Source: a virus (taxonomy: Duplodnaviria; Caudoviricetes). Taken from it: a DNA stretch of 51,528 nt. The stretch lies in IMG/VR virus record IMGVR_UViG_3300027734_000103, positions 1 through 51,528 of that record, one strand, 5' to 3'. The stretch's first letter is position 1, and every line of letters starts with the position of its first letter. The position numbers and the translations under genes were made by a program. Shown here one piece after another: positions 1 to 8,198 of this stretch. The notes beneath the pieces are model-generated. The model had not been told where the DNA came from. It was given only the letters and a program-made list of their open reading frames with translations, and made no database searches.

Positions 1-201
1 CCTGACGGTATGGCAATCTCAGGCTCAATGGCTTGGTGGGCAAAGGCAGACTGCGGTATCACCGTTCACCGAACTAAATCGAATGACGTGGAGGTAGCGG
101 TTTGGAAGTGTCGGTACAGGTGGATTGGAACTCAAGGCGAAACCACTCTTGGATATAACAAGGCAACCGGAACTTACTTTGAAGAAACAGATGCGTTCTA
201 A
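1..201 (+). CDS. C-terminal end of a DnaB/T7 gp4 (Twinkle)-like primase-helicase (5' truncated by window)
   Basis: Frame open from base 1. PDGMAISGSMAWWAKADCGITVHR...VWKCRYRWIGTQG resembles SF4 helicase motif H4 and the K-x-R finger region. Confidence 0.7.
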   Translation, partial: PDGMAISGSMAWWAKADCGITVHRTKSNDVEVAVWKCRYRWIGTQGETTLGYNKATGTYFEETDAF

Positions 202-396
202 CCTACTGCTGTGTTTTATGTTTCTGCTGTCTACAGCAGAGCGTTTAAACGATGAAGTATAAATGTAACGGTGTAACGGTCTTTTTAGGTAGGCCCGCCA
301 AATTTTACATAGACTGTTTAAACGGCTTACTCCCAAAGGCCGGTTAATGGGAGAATCCCTACTTTGGTGGGGAATTCCCTACTTCAAATTTTAGGC

Positions 397-432
397 AAAA
401 AAAATCCCCCCGATGGTTGCCCAAGGGGGGGT
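397..432 (-). terminator. Rho-independent terminator of the leftward early operon
   Basis: Minus strand reads CCCCCC-TTGG-GCAA-CCAT-C-GGGGGG-A-TTTTTTTT, just after the last leftward ORF. Confidence 0.8.
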
Positions 433-459
433 AGAACTAGTGTCAATGCATCTTTAGTT

Positions 460-621
460 TCATGGTTCGCTCAACTCTTTTCCTAGGTGGTCTAACTGAC
501 CAATAGTAAACGTGTTGAGCGCAAGTTTTACTAAGTCATCAACGGTGTAACTAGCAAACCAGTCGTAAACTAATAACGCTCTCTCTTCACCAATCGCCTC
601 TACTAATTCTTCGTAAGTCAT
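460..621 (-). CDS. hypothetical protein (53 aa, MTYEEL...)
   Basis: AGGAGG RBS and ATGA overlap with the upstream ORF; start revised from 660 to 621. Confidence 0.7.
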   Translation of the reverse strand: MTYEELVEAIGEERALLVYDWFASYTVDDLVKLALNTFTIGQLDHLGKELSEP

Positions 622-806
622 ACCACCTCCTTTAATAAATGGTTTGCTAATACAACACATGCTTGAGCGTAGGTATCAAACAGATTATCGCCATCATGTG
701 CATGGATATAATCAGTATCATTATCTTCGTTCTCATATTCAATCATGTACCCATCGTTAGTGCTGATGATTGTGTAAGTGATAACAACATGTTCTTTAGT
801 GCTCAT
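618..806 (-). CDS. hypothetical acidic protein
   Basis: AGGAGG RBS; tightly packed operon. Confidence 0.7.
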   Translation of the reverse strand: MSTKEHVVITYTIISTNDGYMIEYENEDNDTDYIHAHDGDNLFDTYAQACVVLANHLLKEVV

Positions 807-1002
807 TTAAAACCTCCTTAAGTTTGTTTAGAAAACCCTCGTACCCATCAAAGTACCCCTCCTCGTAGAAGAGCCGGTCTTTCGAATCCTCATCATCGTT
901 GTAGTGCTCATGGTCGTAGATAGAGCGCATGTCAGGAGTGCCTCCCCTCCTGTCTGCTACCCCATCCTCATACCCTTGTTGATATGGTGGTACACGTTTC
1001 AT
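796..1002 (-). CDS. hypothetical protein with YxxGYxDG motifs
   Basis: GGAGG RBS, ATGA overlap; YQQGYEDG and YEEGYFDGY motifs typical of small phage proteins. Confidence 0.7.
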   Translation of the reverse strand: MKRVPPYQQGYEDGVADRRGGTPDMRSIYDHEHYNDDEDSKDRLFYEEGYFDGYEGFLNKLKEVLNEH

Positions 1003-1229
1003 TTTAAAACCTCCAAGTCTTCTATAGCGATTGCAAATTCTTCTTCGAGGTCTGCAATTTCATCCTCATCTAAGCCCTCGTAACATGGCGTTAAGTCGTA
1101 CTGCCAACCTAAGTTGCCATAGTCACTCTCATCGTTGGTGTATCTAACATCAACCTTTACGCCCTCAACATCCACTTCGTACAAGGCGTAAACAACCAAC
1201 TCTTTTAATACAGGTTCTTTAATTTTCAT
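999..1229 (-). CDS. hypothetical acidic protein
   Basis: GAGGA RBS, ATGA overlaps on both sides. Confidence 0.7.
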   Translation of the reverse strand: MKIKEPVLKELVVYALYEVDVEGVKVDVRYTNDESDYGNLGWQYDLTPCYEGLDEDEIADLEEEFAIAIEDLEVLK

Positions 1230-1369
1230 TTTATTTCCTCTTCTAAATTGTTTGAATCAATCTTATCTAAAAATCTTTCAACCACTTTCGCTACGTTATT
1301 CGGTATGTCGGTAACGTAATGGAACGTGCCGTCTTCTAGTCTTACTTTTATACCCCACCATTCAATCAT
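1226..1369 (-). CDS. hypothetical protein (47 aa, MIEWWGIKVRLEDG...), not in ORF track
   Basis: Hand translation; GAGGTG RBS; fills the gap with overlapping start/stop. Confidence 0.65.
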   Translation of the reverse strand: MIEWWGIKVRLEDGTFHYVTDIPNNVAKVVERFLDKIDSNNLEEEIK

Positions 1370-1556
1370 TGTTCACCTCGTCTGAGTAAGAGTTATCTTC
1401 TTGGATTTCTTGCGCCCACTTATCTAAATCTGTAAGAGGAGTCAAGTGCAACAAGTCAGCAATTAAATCGCTGACAGGCGTGTCATACAAAACATCTAAC
1501 ATGTGTTCAACAATGTAAGGATGATAGCGTTTCTTTAAGTCATTAATCGTTGCCAT
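1362..1556 (-). CDS. hypothetical protein
   Basis: GAGGAG RBS; operon packing. Confidence 0.7.
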   Translation of the reverse strand: MATINDLKKRYHPYIVEHMLDVLYDTPVSDLIADLLHLTPLTDLDKWAQEIQEDNSYSDEVNND

Positions 1557-1725
1557 TTAAACTCTCCTCGTAATCGTCAATTGATTCAACTTCGATGCTG
1601 ACCGTAGACCACTGGTCTGCCTCAATCGTGCCATGATTCTCAACCGCTTTGCTTGCCTCTTCTGCGGTCAATGCCTCTACCGTATAAATATATTCAACGG
1701 TCTTCGTTACAGTAAATTCAGTCAT
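1543..1725 (-). CDS. hypothetical acidic protein
   Basis: GGAG RBS; VEAxxAEEA motif common in small phage proteins. Confidence 0.7.
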   Translation of the reverse strand: MTEFTVTKTVEYIYTVEALTAEEASKAVENHGTIEADQWSTVSIEVESIDDYEESLNGND

Positions 1726-1891
1726 TGTATTTCTCCCAGTTAGTTAATGAAACTTCATACGCAATTTTTAAAGCATGAGCCGGACACTGTGCGTTAATAA
1801 TGAGCCGGTAGTTGATACCATCCACGATATTTAAAACCTCGTGTAAGACGTAATCCTTTAAATCATTTTGCTCAATACAGGTTGCTAACAT
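1718..1891 (-). CDS. hypothetical protein (57 aa, MLATCIEQND...), not in ORF track
   Basis: Hand translation; AAGGA RBS; overlaps the next start. Confidence 0.6.
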   Translation of the reverse strand: MLATCIEQNDLKDYVLHEVLNIVDGINYRLIINAQCPAHALKIAYEVSLTNWEKYND

Positions 1892-1929
1892 TTGATTCCT
1901 TTCTGTTAGGTAACAAGGCTTGCGCCCTG

Positions 1930-2736
1930 TTACCGTAACTCTTTGAGTAGTTTGTTGAATGATGCGGATGCGAGACCGTCTAGATTGACAACGTCCTCAC
2001 TGGCTTTGAAACATTGCTTGACCTCAGTGTTACCGATACCGATTGCGATAATCTTCACACCTAACTTGTCAGCAAGTTTCTGTAGATGTTTCATGTGCGA
2101 CTGCTCGTACCCTCCGGCATCGGTAACTAGAAACAAAATCCTACGACTCTCAGGACGTTTTGCTAACTCCTCTATCGTGATTGCAATGGAGGAATAATCA
2201 GGCGTTGAAGACTGCGCCCAGTGTCGAATAGAACCTAACTTCGCAGAGGCTTTCTGCACTGACTCACCCCACGTCTTGAACGGTACGAACGTTGGGTACT
2301 CCTGACGAAACAACGTGTCACTGGTAGTAGCACCAGTGGCCTCCACCTTGTTACGAAAGGTATCACCAAAGAATCCGTTGACTTGAAAATCAACATTGGC
2401 TTTATCTAAAATCTTTGCAAGTTGAATCGTCACAACCTCAGCGCATTGAATACGCCCATCAACGTCCATAGAACCTGAGCAGTCAATCAGGATAGAGACC
2501 GCAGACTTCTCTGCCTCAACGTAGGTGCGCTTGCTAAACACTGCGTTGCTACCGGTGGCAAAGCGTGTAAACGCCTTACGGTCTAAACGTCCTGACTCCT
2601 CGTATGAATTCCATCCAACTAAATCGAGTGAGCGCAGTAAGCGCAACAGGCTTGCACGTGTTGCACCCAGTCCGTTCGGGTTTGAGTTATAGATTGCAGA
2701 AAAATTTATCTGACAATAATCTTTATTGAGTTCCAT
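1930..2736 (-). CDS. vWA-domain protein (CobT C-terminal-like)
   Basis: MIDAS motif ILIDCSGSM, STPD, LVTDA, IIAIGIG, and an upstream ESGRLD motif. GGAG RBS immediately before ATG 2736. Confidence 0.85.
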   Translation of the reverse strand: MELNKDYCQINFSAIYNSNPNGLGATRASLLRLLRSLDLVGWNSYEESGRLDRKAFTRFATGSNAVFSKRTYVEAEKSAVSILIDCSGSMDVDGRIQCAEVVTIQLAKILDKANVDFQVNGFFGDTFRNKVEATGATTSDTLFRQEYPTFVPFKTWGESVQKASAKLGSIRHWAQSSTPDYSSIAITIEELAKRPESRRILFLVTDAGGYEQSHMKHLQKLADKLGVKIIAIGIGNTEVKQCFKASEDVVNLDGLASASFNKLLKELR

Positions 2737-2737
2737 G

Positions 2738-3766
2738 TTATCTCCAATTAAAAGTTTCAAATCGAGGTTTACCAAAACTCGGTCTTGGCGCATCTTTATC
2801 AACGGTGGATGAGTGCTTACCTAACTCGCCCTCAATGAACGTGCTAGGTTCTACATCACGTCCACCATCAAAGCCCTCATCGCCATGACCGCTACCGTTA
2901 CCATCCTCTTCGCCATCTTCTTCGCCCTCTTCTTCGCCTTGCTCATTGCTTGGCTTGTCGCTAGGCTTGTTGCCACCCTCACCCTCCTCGTCACCCTCTT
3001 CGCCACCCTCCTCGTCACCTTGCTTGTCGCTAGGCTTGTCACTGGGTTTGTCGCTAGGGTTAGTAGGCTTGTCACTAGGATTGCCATCGTCTTGCTCTTC
3101 TTGCTCATCTTGCTTGCGTTGCTTGTCTTGCTCCTTGATACGGTTGTACAACTCGACTGCAATGTCAGCGATGCGCTGAGTATTCTTTGCAAGACGTGCA
3201 GACTGCAAAGCCCAGTGCAAATGAACCGCATACGGTGAATCGTCAACGATGCTAGGCACATTGATGTTGTAACCGTTTAAACGTCTACCCTCAACTGCGA
3301 GTAGGAAAGGAATATTTTTCTTATCCTTACCACTCACGTACCCATCACGATTGAGAATCGAGTTAAGCAAATTCTCAAAGAGCGCACGACTGTTTGGCGC
3401 ACGTCCTGAGTCGATGACTAACTGCTCGATGCGTGGGTCTTCAAGACCGTTCACGAGGTTGTTAACAAACTTGACCTGTGTGTCACGCACAAAGTCCCAA
3501 GGCTCGTTGTCGGTATACCAAGCATGACCCAACTCATGCAGTGAGTACCCGATTAGATTGTTGAAAACATCGTTGGGGATGGTCTTGGTCTCATCGATGG
3601 ATGGGAAAATAAACTTCGCATCGATGCGATTCTTAGAACGTTTGAAATTAATTCCGGCAGTAGTACCGTTCCAAAATACTTCTAGTTTATTGAAACGGTC
3701 ACCGCTTGAATTAAGCACACGCTCAAGGGTTGTGGCAACGCCACGTTTAACATTGATACCTAACAT
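2738..3766 (-). CDS. CobT N-terminal-like protein with HExxH zincin motif and acidic low-complexity tail
   Basis: LHELGH...NGLEDPRIE; D/E/G-rich tail with NPSDKP repeats; lies between the AAA+ and vWA genes. Confidence 0.8.
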   Translation of the reverse strand: MLGINVKRGVATTLERVLNSSGDRFNKLEVFWNGTTAGINFKRSKNRIDAKFIFPSIDETKTIPNDVFNNLIGYSLHELGHAWYTDNEPWDFVRDTQVKFVNNLVNGLEDPRIEQLVIDSGRAPNSRALFENLLNSILNRDGYVSGKDKKNIPFLLAVEGRRLNGYNINVPSIVDDSPYAVHLHWALQSARLAKNTQRIADIAVELYNRIKEQDKQRKQDEQEEQDDGNPSDKPTNPSDKPSDKPSDKQGDEEGGEEGDEEGEGGNKPSDKPSNEQGEEEGEEDGEEDGNGSGHGDEGFDGGRDVEPSTFIEGELGKHSSTVDKDAPRPSFGKPRFETFNWR

Positions 3767-3774
3767 AACACCTC

Positions 3775-5262
3775 CTATTTGGATAAGTAAGATTGCAGTT
3801 TGTGCGTGTCGATGACTGCACTAAAGATGCCTCGCAACTCTGCCTCACAATCACTAGGAAACTTATTAATGATTGCGCTATCGAATGCGATTGCTACTGG
3901 GATGCCTTTCTTAATCGAACGTGCCCACGCTAATAACTGGCGTAGCGATGGAGGCTGAGTAAGAAGACCGGCTCTTGCTTTCTCACGAGCAGTGTTAGCA
4001 AACTTCACTAACAGGTTAGATGCATCGTGTGGTATGCCAGTACGAGAGCAGAGTAATGCAACCTCTTCCTTGTGTGGCAGATAGTTAAACTGCAACGTGT
4101 AACTGAACCTGTCAATGAACGCACTGTTCTGTTGACGAACACCTTGGAAGTTACCCGACTCATCGCCATGACCGTTCGAGTTATCAGCGCAGAAAAATAC
4201 TACATGCGATGCAACCGGAATACGTAAGCCAGTATCACTGATTGTGATAGCACGATGTGGTGACTTCTCTAACACTGGATGCAACGAGGCAAGTGACTGC
4301 GCTCTAGCAAAGCCCAACTCATCGAGCAAGACGATAGCACCGCACTGTTGAATTGCCTTGGAGATAATCCCCTCGACAAACACACACTGGGCAACACCTT
4401 TATCATCTGTTCTGATTTTGTCAGCACCGATGAAGTCGGCACGTTCGATAGCCTCATCGAATGAAACCTTAAACAACCTACGCCCAAGACGTGATGCAAC
4501 TTGTGTGACAAACTCTGTCTTGCCTGTACCACGTTCACCGGCAAGCCACACGTTGTCCGGTAGTGAATCATCGAGAGCGCATAAAGTTTGATGGAGATTC
4601 TTTGCATCGAAAATGTAATCATCCACACGTGCCGGAGCAAGAGGGTCATTCCACACATCGATAAAGTTATCACCAAAAGCAATCGTGTTGCCCTCGTGCT
4701 CGTACTCCAGTACAACATTCACAAACACATCTTTAATCTGCTTGCGTTCAAACACCGGCAGAGCGTTCGCAACAGTGGTCAACTCTTCGACAGGCGTAGA
4801 TTGCCGGAACGACTCAAACAACTTCGTTACCTGTGCACGAATCTCTACGCTCACCTTGGAGTAGTCAACGCCTTGGACAACTTTCAACTCATTGTTTAAA
4901 CGAGTAGATAAGTCTTCAAACTTCCGAGCGTTAATTGCCTCTTTCTTAAGACTCTCATCGAGCAAGCGATTAGCAACATCACGAACACGCTCAACGCTAT
5001 CGGTTGCCTTGACAATCTCAGCCTGAGCATTCACGATACTCTGCTTAATGTCATCCGGTATGCGAACCTCACTGCTTGCGTTGGTGACTGCATTTGCCTT
5101 GGTGTTGCATGCATCTTCCAAGGTAATGTAGCCACCGGCTACGAGACCATCCACGAGCGTGATTGCGTTGCTCTTCTTTGGCTCAACGGCAAGACCGTTG
5201 GCAAGTAGGATGGTGTTTAGTACTGCATGGGGTAACTTCGATATTTCTAATTTGATATTCAT
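3775..5262 (-). CDS. MoxR/CobS-like AAA+ ATPase
   Basis: Walker A GERGTGKT, Walker B VLLDE, sensor ADN, arginine-finger region NSAFIDRF; N-terminal coiled coil. Confidence 0.9.
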   Translation of the reverse strand: MNIKLEISKLPHAVLNTILLANGLAVEPKKSNAITLVDGLVAGGYITLEDACNTKANAVTNASSEVRIPDDIKQSIVNAQAEIVKATDSVERVRDVANRLLDESLKKEAINARKFEDLSTRLNNELKVVQGVDYSKVSVEIRAQVTKLFESFRQSTPVEELTTVANALPVFERKQIKDVFVNVVLEYEHEGNTIAFGDNFIDVWNDPLAPARVDDYIFDAKNLHQTLCALDDSLPDNVWLAGERGTGKTEFVTQVASRLGRRLFKVSFDEAIERADFIGADKIRTDDKGVAQCVFVEGIISKAIQQCGAIVLLDELGFARAQSLASLHPVLEKSPHRAITISDTGLRIPVASHVVFFCADNSNGHGDESGNFQGVRQQNSAFIDRFSYTLQFNYLPHKEEVALLCSRTGIPHDASNLLVKFANTAREKARAGLLTQPPSLRQLLAWARSIKKGIPVAIAFDSAIINKFPSDCEAELRGIFSAVIDTHKLQSYLSK

Positions 5263-5279
5263 TTGGTAGCCTCCAAAAA

Positions 5280-5873
5280 TTAAGAAAGAATAAAACTGGA
5301 ATTGTCATTCGGGCAGATAGGCAGATTAGGAACTTCGTTACCGTTCGCATCTGTCGTATAAGCCCACTTGCGTGTTAAGTGAATCAAGAATCCACACGAT
5401 GGGCACGTGGCTCTCAGGTTGCGAGTGCCTTGTACCTTTCGGTCAATGCCAAGGTTGAGAGGAGCGTGTGGGTACTCACCAAGTGATTCAATGAGTGCAC
5501 TAAATTCTTGCTGAAAACGAACGCCAACCTTGGTGTGTGTCGGCTTACCCTCAAGGTGTAATTTGCGTACACATTTAGGAAACCTACCACGATGACCATC
5601 ACCATCGGTAGCACTGTGCGCCAACTCATGCACGAGCACCCCAAAGACTTCGTGTGGGTCTGCAATTACCGGTGAAACAAAAATCTCATGCGTGTTGTCA
5701 CTGGATGACTTGGCAGAGTGCCACTCACCCACCGCACGATTAGCAGACCTTGCGTTGCGTGATGGATTACCACACGACACACGAATGTTGTCAGGCAGTG
5801 GGTAACCACTGGCATCGAACACCGGTCTCAATTCGTCTACTGCTTGATTAAGCCAATCTTCTCTTGTACTCAT
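5280..5873 (-). CDS. SprT-like zinc metalloprotease with C-terminal Zn ribbon
   Basis: VLVHELAH...GHRGRF; CPSC and CP motifs near the C-terminus. Confidence 0.8.
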   Translation of the reverse strand: MSTREDWLNQAVDELRPVFDASGYPLPDNIRVSCGNPSRNARSANRAVGEWHSAKSSSDNTHEIFVSPVIADPHEVFGVLVHELAHSATDGDGHRGRFPKCVRKLHLEGKPTHTKVGVRFQQEFSALIESLGEYPHAPLNLGIDRKVQGTRNLRATCPSCGFLIHLTRKWAYTTDANGNEVPNLPICPNDNSSFILS

Positions 5874-6049
5874 TTAAAAACTCCTTTTAAAATTTCACGT
5901 CCAATACAATCACCGGCATGACGTGTTCCATCCGCATGCACGAATGTTTCACCGCAACCGCCAGTCCAGTCCAGTACACCAACAACAATGAGCGCAGTTA
6001 ATAGCACCACACTTACAACAGTAATAGCAACTTCTAGTAATCGTTTCAT
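5870..6049 (-). CDS. small membrane protein (59 aa, MKRLLEVAITVVSVVLL...), not in ORF track
   Basis: Hand translation; AGGAGG RBS; ATGA overlaps both sides; N-terminal hydrophobic helix. Confidence 0.7.
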   Translation of the reverse strand: MKRLLEVAITVVSVVLLTALIVVGVLDWTGGCGETFVHADGTRHAGDCIGREILKGVFK

Positions 6050-6234
6050 GATGCCTCCTTAGTTTGATGAATGAGACCACGCTCGATTAACTCGTGAGCA
6101 GTACGTCCGAACCAACCTTGCAAACTCCAAGCGAGACCGGTATCAACGAGGTGTTGCCACGCCTCTAAAATTTGTTCTTCAGAGTCGGCATCAATGAAAC
6201 CCTCTGCAATTCCTACTGCGGTATAGTTGTTCAT
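6046..6234 (-). CDS. hypothetical phage protein, first gene of the early operon
   Basis: GGAGG RBS; WQHLVDTGLAWSLQGWFGRTA motif seen in small phage proteins. Confidence 0.75.
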   Translation of the reverse strand: MNNYTAVGIAEGFIDADSEEQILEAWQHLVDTGLAWSLQGWFGRTAHELIERGLIHQTKEAS

Positions 6235-6315
6235 AAAACCTCCAATTAAGTGATGCGATATTGCATCCTCTAGAGCACTGGTATGCAGTGCCCTATGAGA
6301 TTCAATCTCGTATGA

Positions 6316-6352
6316 GTGCCAATTATTTTTCTACGCTCTGCAATCGCACGTA
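6316..6352 (-). repeat. pseudoknot motif copy 3: TACG-TGCGA-TTGC-AGAG-CGTA-GAAAAATAATTG-GCAC
   Basis: Same spacing and conserved linkers as copies 1 and 2, different paired segments. Confidence 0.7.
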
Positions 6353-6354
6353 TA

Positions 6355-6392
6355 ACCGCATTTATTTATCGATGCTCTCGGTTCGCACATCG
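6355..6392 (-). repeat. pseudoknot motif copy 2: CGATG-TGCGA-ACCG-AGAG-CATCG-ATAAATAAATG-CGGT
   Basis: Direct repeat of 6588-6625 with compensatory stem changes. Confidence 0.8.
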
Positions 6393-6587
6393 GAAAGAAC
6401 ACGTATCGCTACGGACTGTGTCAACTCGTCACGATTAGTCGGTCTCGTGAGTCATAGTTCTCGTCCTCGCATCTCGTTCGGTTGCCTGTTCCTAATCCAA
6501 GGGGCAGAGCCTACTAGCCTTTGACGTAGAGTTTTAAGTCCTCATATTGACTGCCCTCGTTTTAAGTCTGACTGGCATCATCTGACT

Positions 6588-6625
6588 ACCGCATTTATTT
6601 ATCCACACTCTCGGCTCGCATGTGT
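6588..6625 (-). repeat. pseudoknot motif copy 1: CACA-TGCGA-GCCG-AGAG-TGTG-GATAAATAAATG-CGGT
   Basis: Direct repeat of 6355-6392 with compensatory stem changes. Confidence 0.8.
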
Positions 6626-6812
6626 CGGTGGTTTCTCACCGCTTTTAAAACAGACTAGAACGCTTTGTCTTGGTAAGTAACTGGTCTCTTACGAGGTGTT
6701 ACCGTTTCGAATATATTGAACCCATGTACTAGCGGTGTTTCAACGTTTCCCGACAAAATCTGATAAAGCCCTTTTACTGGTTTCGATATGTGCTATCACC
6801 GAAACAGACTCA

Positions 6813-6843
6813 ATACTAGCACAGATGTTTAAACACTCGTCAA
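6813..6843 (-). promoter_or_regulatory. candidate sigma70 promoter of the early operon
   Basis: TTGACG, 19-nt spacer containing TGTTTAAACA, TG-n-TAGTAT; AT-rich UP-like tract upstream. The spacer is long, hence moderate confidence. Confidence 0.55.
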
Positions 6844-7216
6844 ATATATTTAAAAATAAATTATTTTGGCTTTATATGAATTGACTGGTTCTTGAATGAA
6901 ATCAATGATTTATGAGTGTGCAAAAAAGATACACGATACGGCTGAGAAAGTGCTTGGTGCTTAAAAAATAGGCAATTATTTGATGTAGTGAATGCTACAT
7001 TGTAGCGAACGATACATGAAAATAGGATAGCGATTGAATGATGTTACGTGGTGTATTTGCGTTAGCCGGTTAGCGCAAAAATGATGCTCGTTTAAACGCA
7101 TCGAAGAGGGGATGACAACGAAGTGAAACAGACTCATTGGCGTTAAGGTAATGTAGGGATAGGAACACTAGGAGTGAGAGTGTAGTGGGTAGTAAACGAA
7201 CACACCACGAACGTGC

Positions 7217-7245
7217 TTGCAAGTAGATGTTTAAACGCTCACAAT
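7217..7245 (+). promoter_or_regulatory. candidate sigma70 promoter upstream of terS
   Basis: TTGCAA-17 nt (contains GTTTAAAC)-CACAAT. Confidence 0.5.
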
Positions 7246-7286
7246 GTGTAGAAATAATTTAAGGGTAGTGGAAAGGATAAAAGAAG

Positions 7287-7931
7287 ATGAACGATGATAA
7301 AAAGATTGATAGTGCTACTGGATTAAGCGAGTGCCTTACGAGAGCGAACGAGGCACTCACGAAAGAGGTGGGAGAGCATAACGAAGTGATACGGTCTGCG
7401 GTTGATGCTATAGACGTAAAGACAAAGAGAAATGGTTTACCTCATGGAGTGCATAAAGAAGAACTACTCACAAAGTCAGGTAAAGAAAAGAGAATCACCG
7501 GAAAGATGCAAGCGTTTGCAAGTAATGTCGTAAAGGGTATGAGTCCCAACGATGCGTATCGTACTGCCTACGACTGTTCTAACATGGCTGAGGCGAGTAT
7601 TTGTAGTGAGGCGAACCGACTATTAAAAGACCCAAGGATAACTAACCTCTTACAGTCGTTTTGGAATAGCCTAAAAGAAAATGTCATAGCAGACCAGTCA
7701 GCGACTCGAAGACACATCATGAACGAACTCTATAAGCATGCGAACAATGACAAGGCACAACTGTCGAACAGACTCAAATCACTCGAACTAATGGGACGAG
7801 CGATTGGCATGTTTACAGATAAATTAGAAAGCAAGATAGAGGAAGTGAATGTCGATTCATTGAAGAAAGAACTGGAGTCATCACTTGCATTACTCGACTC
7901 ACATAATCGAAGTCAGTCGAAGACGCATTGA
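7287..7931 (+). CDS. terS: terminase small subunit
   Basis: HTH pattern QAFA..V.KGM...DAYRTAY...EANRLLKDPRI; C-terminal LKSLELMGRAIGMFTDK; upstream of terL. Confidence 0.8.
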   Translation: MNDDKKIDSATGLSECLTRANEALTKEVGEHNEVIRSAVDAIDVKTKRNGLPHGVHKEELLTKSGKEKRITGKMQAFASNVVKGMSPNDAYRTAYDCSNMAEASICSEANRLLKDPRITNLLQSFWNSLKENVIADQSATRRHIMNELYKHANNDKAQLSNRLKSLELMGRAIGMFTDKLESKIEEVNVDSLKKELESSLALLDSHNRSQSKTH

Positions 7932-8079
7932 CGTTGTTTAAACGCCTTGATGCGATGCGATGTGGCCTAGCGATGACCCACCACTCCCCCACCCGCCCCT
8001 ATGGCGCATGCCCCCCGCCCACGCCTATACGCTCTATTTTCCACATTATCCCACTATTCCCTACTGACTGCGAACGTTC

Positions 8080-8095
8080 TGTTCCACGTGAAACA
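8080..8095. promoter_or_regulatory. parS-like site TGTTCCACGTGAAACA
   Basis: Exact 16/16 match to the bacterial chromosomal parS consensus TGTTNCACGTGAAACA, in intergenic DNA. Confidence 0.75.
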
Positions 8096-8123
8096 TGGGG
8101 GTAGGGGGTGTTATTTTTTCCGA

Positions 8124-8152
8124 TAGACAATGTTTAAACGTTCGTATAGAAT
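8124..8152 (+). promoter_or_regulatory. candidate sigma70 promoter for the terL/virion operon
   Basis: TAGACA-17 nt (contains GTTTAAAC)-TAGAAT. Confidence 0.6.
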
Positions 8153-8198
8153 ACCCCTAGTAACGTTTCTGGTTTGTTCGTAGGGGGGTATATATATT

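Larger units (their letters stand above)
6250..6810 (-). ncRNA. long structured leader / ncRNA with multiple hairpins and pseudoknots
   Basis: No credible ORF. Many hairpins (GTTTCG/CGAAAC, CTC-GTAA-GAG, GGTG/CACC, GCACTG/CAGTGC, GATGC/GCATC) plus repeated pseudoknot units, between a promoter and the first RBS. Confidence 0.65.

Noticed and set aside
2736-2802. Programmed frameshift fusing the CobT-N-like and vWA ORFs
   Set aside because: The frames overlap, but the vWA ORF has its own RBS and ATG right after the stop and I saw no convincing slippery heptamer; kept as a split gene.
2851-3261. Alternative-frame ORFs over the acidic repeat region
   Set aside because: Shadows of low-complexity repeats lacking stops; no RBS.
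3775-5262. Cobalamin-biosynthesis auxiliary metabolic gene (cobS)
   Set aside because: No cobN or other cob genes are present; MoxR-vWA pairs are general chaperone modules.
6261-6524. 87-aa plus-strand ORF
   Set aside because: TTG start without RBS, antisense to the early operon, overlaps the structured RNA.
6316-6625. Mini-CRISPR array or known riboswitch (preQ1-I, SAM-II, guanidine-III) or pistol/twister ribozyme
   Set aside because: Spacing is irregular (2 nt and ~195 nt) and variation is confined to paired segments, unlike CRISPR repeats. The conserved nucleotides do not match those families as I recall them; cmscan is needed for certainty.
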